DNA of 64,000 bases from a virus: IMG/VR virus record IMGVR_UViG_3300022924_000016, positions 64,001 to 128,000 of that record; one strand, written 5' to 3'. The notes under the pieces were generated by a model that saw nothing but the letters and a program-made list of their open reading frames with translations, made no database searches and was not told where the DNA came from. This document shows positions 40,097 through 49,462 of this stretch, in pieces. A program made the translations under genes and the position numbers. Within the stretch, counting starts at the first letter, position 1. Each line of letters starts with the position of its first letter.

Positions 40097-40104
40097 TAGA
40101 TTTG
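40097..40104 (+). promoter_or_regulatory. Bacteroidota -7 element
   Basis: Intergenic TAGATTTG; implies the real start is ATG 40123. Confidence 0.5.
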
Positions 40105-40122
40105 AAGAATAAAATAAAAGAT

Positions 40123-40614
40123 ATGGACAAGATTAAACAACTACAAAAACAACTTGATGTTGAAAGAGCCAAAGAAAAAAGTAAAGAGCTTGAAAAAATT
40201 AATAAATTGACGGGTATTAGAATTGGGGATGTTGTTGAATTTACTTATGAAGATGGATCAGGTGGTTATGACAGTGAATACTACTGGTCAAAGGGAGAAG
40301 TATACGATATTCATAAATCCTTTGAATCTATTTTTCTCTATATAAAAGGACGACACACTTCTATAAATTTAAAAGATGCTAAATTATTCAATGAAAATGA
40401 CTATGAGATGCGTCACTCTATCTATGAAAGAGAGTTAGACTTAGAAGATGAGTTTCAATTGATTGTTGAAAAACCAAAATCTACAAAAGGAAAAGTGTAT
40501 AAGGTATATAAAATATTAAAGGAAGTAGGTGAAAATATTCAATATTTTTATTGGAATGATTATAATAAATCGCAATCCTTATACGAAGGAGAGTTTTACG
40601 TAACAAAACCTTGA
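40123..40614 (+). CDS. hypothetical protein (SH3/KOW-like IRIGDVV segment)
   Basis: ORF with A-rich leader. Confidence 0.55.
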   Translation: MDKIKQLQKQLDVERAKEKSKELEKINKLTGIRIGDVVEFTYEDGSGGYDSEYYWSKGEVYDIHKSFESIFLYIKGRHTSINLKDAKLFNENDYEMRHSIYERELDLEDEFQLIVEKPKSTKGKVYKVYKILKEVGENIQYFYWNDYNKSQSLYEGEFYVTKP

Positions 40615-41064
40615 AATGGACAAACATCTAAAAGAGCTGTATAACGTGTCAATGGGATTACTTTTAAAAGATACTCAAAATAAATCTTTTTTCACGCAAA
40701 AAGAGTTTGAGAAGAACAGAGCTAAAATTGGAATTATCCATAACGCAAAAGATAAATTAGAAGAAAAATTAAAAGTATGAGATATTACTATCATCACTTT
40801 GGAGACGATGAGCCTGTAGAAGTTTTCATTATACAGGAATCAAAAGGCTTAGTTGAAATTAACCGAGACCCAAAAGCAAGAGCAGGGCATTGGAAAAGTA
40901 AAACACAATTAATCATAAAATAATGGAAAAATCTTTCAAAGAGTTTATTGATATAGTTTTTGGAACGACTATGTTTTTTCTCCTTTTGGTAAATTTTCAA
41001 GAGGATTTAGGAAGTGCTAAACTACTATCGATATGTGCAGTTTTATCTATATTTTATAGAAAGT

Positions 41065-41400
41065 ATGACAACAGAACTAACTAAAGACATTTGGAATAAC
41101 TTCATAGCAATTCCATTCAACAAAAACAAGTCACACAACTTTTCGGTAAAAGATTTGAAAACAATCATAGAAAAGCATTTAGGTAAGGAAGAAGTAAAGA
41201 AACAGTTTAAACCTTTTAAAGTTGGAGAAGTTTACCAAACCAAAGGGCAAGTTTCAGAACCGTTCAAAATCGCGGAAATAAAAACTAAAATAAAAGAAGG
41301 CAAAACAGTTCCATATTACTTTAACGGATTTTATTTAAACAGAGAACACTTAGGAATTTGTCCAATAAACGCAGAACAATTAATACAGAAAATAAGATGA
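41065..41400 (+). CDS. hypothetical protein
   Basis: ATG 41065 preferred to GTG 41014; ATGA-coupled downstream. Confidence 0.5.
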   Translation: MTTELTKDIWNNFIAIPFNKNKSHNFSVKDLKTIIEKHLGKEEVKKQFKPFKVGEVYQTKGQVSEPFKIAEIKTKIKEGKTVPYYFNGFYLNREHLGICPINAEQLIQKIR

Positions 41401-41606
41401 AAACAATAATTCAAGAATTAATTGAGTGGATTGAAGAAAATTGCATAGATGGTGTGACAGAACCTAAAGAAATTCTTTTCAAGGCTATTGAACTTAAAGA
41501 AAAAGAAAAACAACAAATTATGGACGCTTATCAATATGCAGAAGACGTTTGCTATGCAGAATCTGATTTTACCGCAGAGGAATACTATAATAAATACTTC
41601 AAATAA
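41397..41606 (+). CDS. hypothetical protein, paralog of 37164-37376
   Basis: Sequence similarity; ATGA overlap. Confidence 0.65.
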   Translation: MKTIIQELIEWIEENCIDGVTEPKEILFKAIELKEKEKQQIMDAYQYAEDVCYAESDFTAEEYYNKYFK

Positions 41607-41608
41607 GA

Positions 41609-41959
41609 ATGAATATATTTACTCTAACCGAATATGACTACGATGGAAACAGCTGGTCATTATGGATGCACAAGACTAAAGAAAAAGAACAGTTTGTTGA
41701 AGATTGTCAATGGATTGTAAAAACTCATTTGGAATTGTTATTTAAAGCCGAAGAAGAGGGATTTTACAAGAGAATTGGAAGTGAAGAAGTAATAAATTTA
41801 ATAAGAGAGTATTTACCTAAGCTAGGCTATGAAAACACCAGAGCCTGGGATTATGGTTTTAGATGGCAAATCCGTGCTGAGGAAATCTTAGAAGAAATTG
41901 TAGATGAAAGTACTCTATCTAAGTTAAAGCAACACAATAAAAAAGCATTTAAGAAATGA
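41609..41959 (+). CDS. hypothetical protein
   Basis: Tightly packed ORF. Confidence 0.55.
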   Translation: MNIFTLTEYDYDGNSWSLWMHKTKEKEQFVEDCQWIVKTHLELLFKAEEEGFYKRIGSEEVINLIREYLPKLGYENTRAWDYGFRWQIRAEEILEEIVDESTLSKLKQHNKKAFKK

Positions 41960-42213
41960 AAAACTTAATATTATTTTTACTCTTTCCAATTTTAATTTTG
42001 GCGCAAGAAAAAGAATTAGAAGTATTCCAAACAAACGAAATAGGGTTACAACAGTTAGTACCAAGCCAAATAGTTATAGAAACAGAGTACAAAACAGAAA
42101 TCTATAAAACTAATGAGTTAGGTATTAGAAACCTAATACCCGAAGTAATTATAGAAAAGAAAAACGAACAAGATTTAGAACCAATTAATTATATAGATGG
42201 AAACAAGAATTAA
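41956..42213 (+). CDS. small exported protein with internal duplication
   Basis: Signal peptide ending ILA|Q; two copies of E[VI][FY]xTNE[IL]G[LI]xxL[VI]P. Confidence 0.6.
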   Translation: MKNLILFLLFPILILAQEKELEVFQTNEIGLQQLVPSQIVIETEYKTEIYKTNELGIRNLIPEVIIEKKNEQDLEPINYIDGNKN

Positions 42214-42457
42214 ACTTACATTTGGAAGCTTCAACAATAATCAAGGAGAAGTAGAGGTTACAAATAATATCCACAATCAAACTTATGAATTATCAGAAGA
42301 ATTTTTAGGAGAGATGGAAAAAGTTCTAAGGTTAGACAGCTCTTTTAAAATCGGCGGGAAAAGTATTGAAACACAAGAAATTGAAATTCATGGATTCAGA
42401 TTCCTAGACAGAAAAGAGATAGAACAGTTTTTAAATTGGTTTGACAAAAATGTTTAG
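42197..42457 (+). CDS. hypothetical protein
   Basis: Overlapping operon ORF. Confidence 0.55.
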   Translation: METRIKLTFGSFNNNQGEVEVTNNIHNQTYELSEEFLGEMEKVLRLDSSFKIGGKSIETQEIEIHGFRFLDRKEIEQFLNWFDKNV

Positions 42458-42845
42458 CTTCAACAACAATATCGCCGAAAAACAAGTAAGAGATAAAATC
42501 ACGTCAACTTGTAAAAAGATTAAGGTAAAGGTAGGTAAAATCTCATGGACGTACAAATGCCATTTGAATTCTGTTGATAGCGCCATAAAAAAGAAAGATA
42601 AAGAGATTGCTATGGTTATGGCTTATAAAAACGGCTATGGGTTCATTCATTTCATAAATCTAAGAAAAGGTAAATACACAGACAATACTTGGGGAGTTTG
42701 GTCAGCAGAGTATGATTACTATTTAATCAAGAAAATACCAAGAGAAGACTTTTATAAGGTTGGAGATATTTTTGACAGCTACCGTGCGGAGTTAAGAAAC
42801 AGTCTACGATGGTATTTGAGGATTACTTCTACAGAAACTTGGTAA
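42450..42845 (+). CDS. hypothetical protein
   Basis: ATG 42450; operon ORF. Confidence 0.55.
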   Translation: MFSFNNNIAEKQVRDKITSTCKKIKVKVGKISWTYKCHLNSVDSAIKKKDKEIAMVMAYKNGYGFIHFINLRKGKYTDNTWGVWSAEYDYYLIKKIPREDFYKVGDIFDSYRAELRNSLRWYLRITSTETW

Positions 42846-42883
42846 TAAAACGTTAAAAACAAAAAACTAATTAAATTTTTAAG

Positions 42884-42891
42884 TATCTTTG
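42884..42891 (+). promoter_or_regulatory. Bacteroidota -7 element (near-leaderless)
   Basis: TATCTTTG only 4 nt before ATG 42896. Confidence 0.45.
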
Positions 42892-42895
42892 AATT

Positions 42896-43342
42896 ATGGA
42901 AAATAAAACTTTAGAATTCGTAAGGGAGTTCAACACAGCATTAGGAGAAACAGATGAATATCTTTGCTTAAATTATAATCAAGATGGATTTTCAGAATCA
43001 ATTACATTTCCAAAGCAGATTTTATGGGATGATAATAATGACAATGAAGATTTTCAGAAACAGCATACACTGTCAAGGCTGTATAGAATCTTGATTCATA
43101 CAGAAGAAGTGGTTCAGCAATTTATAGTAGATGAAGTAGATAAGTTTTTTGCGGAAAAAGTAAGACAGAGTGAAGAAAAGTTTTCAAATATAAAATTAAA
43201 TTTAGACAGACAAACAAAATGCTTATATAAATTATCTGTAGAAGGTAATTATAATGAGGATAGAATGGAAGAATTTGTAGATATTTTTAAAGAAGATTTT
43301 CAATACCTTTTTGAAGGTTTTAAATTAGAATATGAGTACTAA
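42896..43342 (+). CDS. hypothetical protein
   Basis: 148-aa ORF. Confidence 0.55.
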   Translation: MENKTLEFVREFNTALGETDEYLCLNYNQDGFSESITFPKQILWDDNNDNEDFQKQHTLSRLYRILIHTEEVVQQFIVDEVDKFFAEKVRQSEEKFSNIKLNLDRQTKCLYKLSVEGNYNEDRMEEFVDIFKEDFQYLFEGFKLEYEY

Positions 43343-43374
43343 AACTGTATCACAATTCATTCAATAAATAAAAA

Positions 43375-43590
43375 ATGAGACAAATAGGTAAACAAAAACT
43401 TTCATACTTACAAATTATAGATAGATGCAATTTTAATTTTATGCCTTGCGTAATTTATACATCGAATGAAGAAAAATCAAAGAATAATTTCTTAAGTTTT
43501 CTAGATTATTTAAAAAAGGATTATAAGGTAGTAGACAATATAGTTGAGTTAAATTTAAGGGAAGTAGAATTTAAAAACGTAAAAGGATGA
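43375..43590 (+). CDS. hypothetical protein
   Basis: AATAAAAA leader; ATGA-coupled. Confidence 0.5.
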   Translation: MRQIGKQKLSYLQIIDRCNFNFMPCVIYTSNEEKSKNNFLSFLDYLKKDYKVVDNIVELNLREVEFKNVKG

Positions 43591-44093
43591 TAACAGAAGG
43601 ACAATTTATAATAGGGGTAACATTAATTTATTGGATAACATTTATAATTTTATGGAGAAAAGCTTGCGATGAAGCTATAGATTGGGTTTTTAATATTTTT
43701 CTTAATTTACTTTTATCAGTTTTTCTAATGTTTGGTACTTTATCTTTGGACGTAAAAGAACAGAGGATAAATTACGAGTATTATTGTAAGATACAATCTC
43801 TCAAAAATTCCAATGATATACAAGGCAGTTTTGTTTTGGGGACAGGTTCAGTGGAGCAAGTCGAATACTACTATTATTATTTTAAAGATATCAATGGTTA
43901 TTTCAGGCGCGGCAAAAAACAAGTAGAAAACACAGTTATTGAAGAAAGAGGAGGAACGCCACACATAGAAAGAAAATACATAAAAAGGGTATCAATAACA
44001 GGTATTGTAAAATCTTATAAAGACCAACCTTCAGAAGAATATAAAATAGTAGTGCCTAAAGGAACAGTTATTAACAAATTTGAAGTATATTAG
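43587..44093 (+). CDS. membrane protein (2 TM plus soluble domain)
   Basis: Two N-terminal TMs; GSFVLGTG...YYYYY...IVVPKGTV. Confidence 0.65.
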   Translation: MITEGQFIIGVTLIYWITFIILWRKACDEAIDWVFNIFLNLLLSVFLMFGTLSLDVKEQRINYEYYCKIQSLKNSNDIQGSFVLGTGSVEQVEYYYYYFKDINGYFRRGKKQVENTVIEERGGTPHIERKYIKRVSITGIVKSYKDQPSEEYKIVVPKGTVINKFEVY

Positions 44094-44095
44094 AT

Positions 44096-45034
44096 ATGAA
44101 AGTAAAAGGCTACACAATAGAAGATAAAGGAGTAAATGTATTGATTTTTCCAAGCACAACTTTAGTAAAGAGTAAAGTAAACGGCAAGACATTTGAAGCA
44201 AGTGGAGAAGTTACAGTAGACAATTTCAATGATTTAGTGAGGCTTAATACTAAGACAAGAGTTAAGTCAATCCAGCACAAAGAAACCAAAGAAGAAATAA
44301 GTGAAGTTGAATACTTAGATCGCGAGAAAAAACTTCTAGAAAAAAGAAAATATGATAAAGACGAATACACGCATTATTGGGAAAACCTAGACGATGAATT
44401 CAACTACAGAAAATTCATAGCTTCCTATGATAACGTTTTAGAAACAGTTTATGAAGAAGAGGAAGTCATTGTGGAAGAACAAAAGAAAGTACTCTTAGAC
44501 ACAAACCATCCTTTCATAAAATCTAAATTTCAAAATTCAGGAGAGATTTCAGATGTGTGCGTGTACAATAAATTTTCTGCTTATAAAGAAATTCTAAAAG
44601 AAAAGATGGATGAAATCGGAGCAGTAGAACTTCCAGGAGGAGGTTTTAGTGACCCGACAGAGGGAAAATTGTCTTGGGCAAATTCCACACATTCTTGTAT
44701 CAGATATGCTAAATTTGCGGGAGGCTATTTATTCGATGATTCTTATGATGTAAAGAGTGTCAGAGTCGGAACATTTGAAGCTTTGAAAGAGGAGTATGAA
44801 AATGATAAATTGCGCATAAGAAAAATTATACAAGACAAATATCTTTTAAAATTTGGAAAATTCAATGAAGAAAAGACACCTTTAGTTTTAGAAGCCTTAA
44901 ATAAAATTGAAGTGGCTTACAGAACCTTGCAAAATCTAAAACCTATGAAGTCAAGTTATAATGACAAATCCTCGGCGATGAAAAGCATAAGGGAAGCAAA
45001 AGAATTATTAAACAGTAGTTTTAAAGTAGAGTAA
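44096..45034 (+). CDS. hypothetical protein
   Basis: 312-aa ORF. Confidence 0.65.
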   Translation: MKVKGYTIEDKGVNVLIFPSTTLVKSKVNGKTFEASGEVTVDNFNDLVRLNTKTRVKSIQHKETKEEISEVEYLDREKKLLEKRKYDKDEYTHYWENLDDEFNYRKFIASYDNVLETVYEEEEVIVEEQKKVLLDTNHPFIKSKFQNSGEISDVCVYNKFSAYKEILKEKMDEIGAVELPGGGFSDPTEGKLSWANSTHSCIRYAKFAGGYLFDDSYDVKSVRVGTFEALKEEYENDKLRIRKIIQDKYLLKFGKFNEEKTPLVLEALNKIEVAYRTLQNLKPMKSSYNDKSSAMKSIREAKELLNSSFKVE

Positions 45035-45200
45035 ATATGGAATTAGAATTTTACAAGTGGTTAGATGAAGCTCTTGAAGAATTTTGTAGAGAAAGATACA
45101 TAAGACCAGGGGAGGTATTACCTACCATAAACATAACCAAGGCAAAACTTTCTTTTATTAAAGGTATTTCGGCGAAAGAATATTTAAAAACAGTTTAGTT

Positions 45201-45746
45201 ATGAACACAGAAAAAAGAACAACAGTAGACTTTAGCAAACACATCATCCTAGAAAGTCACTACCAAGACGGGGAATATAATTTAGATGTGTGGGATTTCA
45301 AACTACCTGATAGTAATTATAGACATAGAATAACATTCATAAACAGTTGTGGTATTTTAGCCGTAAAAGGAGATTTTGGAAATTGGATATTTTGCAGAGA
45401 ATTTCATCCTTCTAAAAATGGATTTGTTTCGGGTGGATATTGGGATGAGAAACTAGCAATAAGTTCTCAGCAAGAGTCTTCTAAATATTCAGCAGAAGCT
45501 ACAAGAAAAGCTATTGAAGAGTTTGAAAAGAAGCATGAGGATTCACAAGAAGATATAAAAGATTGGATTGGATCCTTAAAAGACTCAGTTGAGGATGAAG
45601 AAGAATATATATTCAAAGCTTATAGAGAAACTCCAAGAGATATTGATTATGAAGATGTACCTTTTGAAAAAGAGAGACATTACTATCTGAATGTAATTTA
45701 TGATGCTTTTGATGAAATGTGTAGAAAAATCGCGGAAAAAGACTAA
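45201..45746 (+). CDS. conserved phage hypothetical protein
   Basis: GILAVKGDFGNWIF...YWDEKL pattern. Confidence 0.6.
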   Translation: MNTEKRTTVDFSKHIILESHYQDGEYNLDVWDFKLPDSNYRHRITFINSCGILAVKGDFGNWIFCREFHPSKNGFVSGGYWDEKLAISSQQESSKYSAEATRKAIEEFEKKHEDSQEDIKDWIGSLKDSVEDEEEYIFKAYRETPRDIDYEDVPFEKERHYYLNVIYDAFDEMCRKIAEKD

Positions 45747-45933
45747 AAACAGCAAAAAATGACCTACATTTACAAACAAAAACAATACGAAATCCTAGAC
45801 AAAGAACTAGAGCTTAAAAACCCAGAAACAAGAGAATGGCATAAAGCAGTTTTATATAGGCAAATAGAAACAGGACTTTGGTTTTGTAGGGATAAGAATG
45901 AATTTTTTAAATTATTTAGGGAGGTAGAGTAGT

Positions 45934-47937
45934 ATGAATTTAGATAGTGCAATAGTCTGTGACATAGAATCGGTGGGATTTCTTGATAGTTTAAAGAGCT
46001 TTGAAGATTTACACGTATTCTCTTGCTGTTTTAAATCTGAGGGCACTTGGAAAATAAAGAGCACAAAATCTAAAGAAGACATACAAAAAGTTGTAGGTAA
46101 TAAGAATAATACACTGATATTTCATAACGGAATTTCATATGATAAGCCAGCACTTGAAATTATGGGTTTAGATTTTAAGGCTGAAATAATTGACACATTA
46201 CCACTAAGCTACTATTTATATAGTGAAAGAGATAAGCACGGATTAGCCCAATGGGGAGAATTTTTCGGCGTGAAAAAGCCCGAAATAGAGTCGTGGACTG
46301 GTCTATCGTATGACGAATATCGAGTAAGATGTGAAGAGGATTGTAAGATAAATACAAACCTATGGATTATGATTTTAGATTATATGAGAGTGCTGTACGA
46401 CAATGATGACGAGCTCATAATCAAAACAATAAGGTATTTGAATCATAAGGCTAATATGCTTTATATTCAAGACCAAAATCCCATATTAATAGATGTAGAG
46501 CAGTGCAAGAAGAATTTACAATACTTAGAAGGGATAATTTCGGAGAAAGAATTGGAATTAAATGCCATAATGCCTAAAATCCCTATAACTTCTCGAAGAA
46601 GTAAGCCCAAGGTAATGTACAAAAAGACAGGCGACTTATCAGAGGCGGGGATAAAGTGGCAAGAACTGCTTAAAAACTGCAACTTAGAAGAAGATTATGA
46701 AGGACAGATAGATGTGGTTACAGGTTATACGGAGCCTAATTGCCAAAGTTCTGCACAAATGAAAAAATTTCTTATGCAGGAAGGTTGGGTTCCCACAATA
46801 TTTAAAGATGGGGCAAATGGTAAAGTTCCTCAGCTAAGGGACGATGAGAAAAATTTATGCCCTAACATACAGAAATTGATAGAAAAAGTTCCAAAACTTC
46901 AATCACTTGATGGACTATCTGTTGCACAACACCGCTCAGGCTATTTAAAGGCTTTCTTAGCTCATATAAATGATAAAGGGTACGCCAAGGCTTGGGCACA
47001 CTCTTTTACCCGCACATTGCGTTTAAAACACAGTAATCCATTTGTAAATCTCCCAAAACCTAAGTCTAAATATGGAAACCTAGTTAGAGCCGTTATGATT
47101 GCCCCTAAAGGGTATGTTTGTATAGGTGCAGATTTATCAAGTATAGAAGATAAGTGCAAGCAGATTTCCATATTTTCTCTAGACAGAGAGTATGTAGAGT
47201 CTATGAACAGTAAGGGTTGGGATGCACACTTAGCTCTGGGGCTAAAAGCAGGAATGTTTACAGAAGAGGAGGTTCAATTTTATAAATGGTTTAACTCTAA
47301 GGATAAAAAAGAAAATGATTACACTTGCCCTAAGAGTTTTTCTCACCTTTCAGAGGAAGAGCAAGAAGTACTTTTTGACGTATTAAGTAAGAAAAGGGCT
47401 ACAAGTAAGACAGGAAATTACGGATTGACTTATGGATGTGGTGTGGCTAAACTTATGGAATCCACGGGATTAAGTAAAAAGGAGTCTGAAAACCTACATA
47501 AAGGATACCACGCCATAAATTGGGCGGTTAAAAAATTCGCCCAGGATAGAGTGGTTAAAACTGTCAAGGGTAGGAACTGGTTAAGGCTTAATAAAAAGGC
47601 AGGGGGGTTGTCAGAAGTAAATGAAACAACTTGGATATGGAACGAGTACTCTAATATGTGGCTATTTTTAAAAAATGATAAGGATAGGTTTTCTAGCTGT
47701 AATCAGAATTTTGGAGTGAAGGTTTTTGATGTTTGGAGTTGGTATTTGATTCAAGGAGGTATCACTCCCTCATATCAAGCGCACGACGAACAGCTCTGGT
47801 ACTGTAAAGAGGAAGAAGTAGGAAAACATATCAAAATTATAGAGGAAAGTATTACAAAGGTTAATGAAATATTTAATCCTCCTATTCCTTTGGAGTGCGA
47901 TTATAAGATAGGAAAGACATACGCGGACGTCCATTAA
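45934..47937 (+). CDS. polA: family A DNA polymerase with 3'-5' exonuclease
   Basis: Exo I CDIES, Exo II HNGISYD, Exo III YRVRCEED; motif A ADLSSIE, B KTGNYGLTYG, C AHDE. Confidence 0.92.
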   Translation: MNLDSAIVCDIESVGFLDSLKSFEDLHVFSCCFKSEGTWKIKSTKSKEDIQKVVGNKNNTLIFHNGISYDKPALEIMGLDFKAEIIDTLPLSYYLYSERDKHGLAQWGEFFGVKKPEIESWTGLSYDEYRVRCEEDCKINTNLWIMILDYMRVLYDNDDELIIKTIRYLNHKANMLYIQDQNPILIDVEQCKKNLQYLEGIISEKELELNAIMPKIPITSRRSKPKVMYKKTGDLSEAGIKWQELLKNCNLEEDYEGQIDVVTGYTEPNCQSSAQMKKFLMQEGWVPTIFKDGANGKVPQLRDDEKNLCPNIQKLIEKVPKLQSLDGLSVAQHRSGYLKAFLAHINDKGYAKAWAHSFTRTLRLKHSNPFVNLPKPKSKYGNLVRAVMIAPKGYVCIGADLSSIEDKCKQISIFSLDREYVESMNSKGWDAHLALGLKAGMFTEEEVQFYKWFNSKDKKENDYTCPKSFSHLSEEEQEVLFDVLSKKRATSKTGNYGLTYGCGVAKLMESTGLSKKESENLHKGYHAINWAVKKFAQDRVVKTVKGRNWLRLNKKAGGLSEVNETTWIWNEYSNMWLFLKNDKDRFSSCNQNFGVKVFDVWSWYLIQGGITPSYQAHDEQLWYCKEEEVGKHIKIIEESITKVNEIFNPPIPLECDYKIGKTYADVH

Positions 47938-47958
47938 AGTTAATCTTTACTTAATATA

Positions 47959-47990
47959 TTTGCTTTTCTGAAATACTTTTTGTAAGTTTG
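47959..47990 (+). promoter_or_regulatory. Bacteroidota promoter upstream of LAGLIDADG leader
   Basis: TTTG 47959-47962, 20-nt spacer, TAAGTTTG 47983-47990. Confidence 0.7.
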
Positions 47991-47993
47991 CAA

Positions 47994-48130
47994 TGTTGAA
48001 AATAGAGAGGGCAAGTCTTTATGAGTAGACAAATTAAAAATAATAAGAATAGCAATAAAATATTTCAAAAAGCTTTCATAGATTGTTTTCACTTGCCCTG
48101 AATACAGTCCTTGGGAGCTTTTTGTATTTA
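47994..48130 (+). ncRNA. structured 5' leader with two hairpins and complementary loops (GGGCAAG / CTTGCCC)
   Basis: Hairpin 48002-48022 and ~26-bp hairpin 48066-48124 with U-rich 3' end. Confidence 0.65.
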
Positions 48131-48137
48131 AGATAGT

Positions 48138-48866
48138 ATGGAAAAATTAACAAACGAACAAAGGCAAGTACTCTTAAGCGGTATTTTGGGAGATGGGCAC
48201 TTAAAGAATGGAAGAGCAATTTTTAGTTGTATACACAAGGAGTATATGGAATTAAAAAAGAAGTTATTGGGGGATTTATCTCTACTTGTAGAAAGAAAAC
48301 AAAACAGCGGTTTTAAAAAAGATGCTTTCATCTATAAATTAGGTACTTTGGCACACCCTGAGATAAAAGAGATGGAAAAATACTCTACAAAACGAATTCT
48401 TGAAGAGATTGACGAGTTAGGTATTGCGCTATGGATTGCAGATGATGGCTCAAGGCACAAGAAGAATAACTTTTATAATATAAATACACACGCATTGCCA
48501 AGATATGAAGAGGAGCAACACTTACTACCATTCTTTAACAGCATCGGCATATTTCCTAGAATTACCACAGAAACTAAAAAAGATGGTAGATGCTTTTCTT
48601 ACCTATATATCCCTAAGTGGGAGGGAGCTATGGAACTTTCGAGAATTCTAAGAAAACTAGAGTTAAATTGCTATGATTATAAGCTTATGCCTATTGAAAT
48701 GGAGGAGGCATATTTTAGAAACAAAGATTTAGAAGAGTTCAAAATGGCAAATAGTTATGGGAGAACTAAAATAATTAAGAATGGAATGGGGCTGACATAT
48801 AAGGACATACTTCATAAGAATGTCACATCAACAGAAATGAGAATTACTAATAGCGCAAACATATAA
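48138..48866 (+). CDS. free-standing LAGLIDADG homing endonuclease (two-motif type)
   Basis: VLLSGILGDG and IALWIADDG motifs. Confidence 0.85.
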   Translation: MEKLTNEQRQVLLSGILGDGHLKNGRAIFSCIHKEYMELKKKLLGDLSLLVERKQNSGFKKDAFIYKLGTLAHPEIKEMEKYSTKRILEEIDELGIALWIADDGSRHKKNNFYNINTHALPRYEEEQHLLPFFNSIGIFPRITTETKKDGRCFSYLYIPKWEGAMELSRILRKLELNCYDYKLMPIEMEEAYFRNKDLEEFKMANSYGRTKIIKNGMGLTYKDILHKNVTSTEMRITNSANI

Positions 48867-48891
48867 AAATGAAAAATTTGAATGGTCTGAA

Positions 48892-49197
48892 TTGGATAAG
48901 TTGTGGGAAAATACATTTCCTAATACTAAAATTATATTTTCAATGTTTGACTTCGATGAAAATGATTCAGAAAATGTTGTAATACCCACAGTAGATTTTA
49001 CTTCCGAAATTCCAATTATAAAAGGAAAGTTTAGTGTAGGGTTTCACACTTGGAAAGGATTGATAACACAATCAGGCACAGATTTGACTTGGAAGAAGCT
49101 TATAAAAATTTTAGATAAACATAATGATGGAAGCCACATATTCCTAGAGGTTGTAGATGTTATAGGTGATAAGGCTTTTGTATTCTTAGGGTCTTAA
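48892..49197 (+). CDS. hypothetical protein (start possibly frameshifted)
   Basis: HIFLE...FVFLGS C-terminus; better-placed ATG 48869 is out of frame by one A. Confidence 0.5.
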   Translation: MDKLWENTFPNTKIIFSMFDFDENDSENVVIPTVDFTSEIPIIKGKFSVGFHTWKGLITQSGTDLTWKKLIKILDKHNDGSHIFLEVVDVIGDKAFVFLGS

Positions 49198-49240
49198 GTT
49201 AAAAAATTCATAAAAAGAATTTACTAAAGAAAACTATTAA

Positions 49241-49309
49241 GTATATTTGTAGAAGAAATGCTGAAAAATCTGTTTTTTAAATCTTTTTCGGCGAAAATTA
49301 AATAAAATG
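49241..49309 (+). repeat. ~70-bp promoter/leader cassette, copy 1
   Basis: TATATTTGTAGAAGAAAT...TTTTTAAATCTTTTTCGGCGAAAATTAAATAAAATG; matches 61258-61327. Confidence 0.75.
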
Positions 49310-49462
49310 GAGAAATTAATACTGAATAATCAACTAATACTAATGCAGATTCAGCTAGATAAAAGTCGAATTGGGGTTAGCTATATATCAGATGAAACCA
49401 AGAACAGATTAAAGGATCAAATTTTAATAAGTAAAAAAGCTTTAGAAAAATGCTCGAAATAG
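49307..49462 (+). CDS. 51-aa hypothetical protein (missing from ORF track)
   Basis: ATG at end of promoter cassette; MEKLILNNQLILMQ... Confidence 0.5.
   Translation: MEKLILNNQLILMQIQLDKSRIGVSYISDETKNRLKDQILISKKALEKCSK

Noticed and set aside
45934-48866. Group I intron or intein in polA hosting the LAGLIDADG gene
   Set aside because: PolA is continuous and ends normally (IGKTYADVH); the endonuclease has its own promoter and leader downstream.
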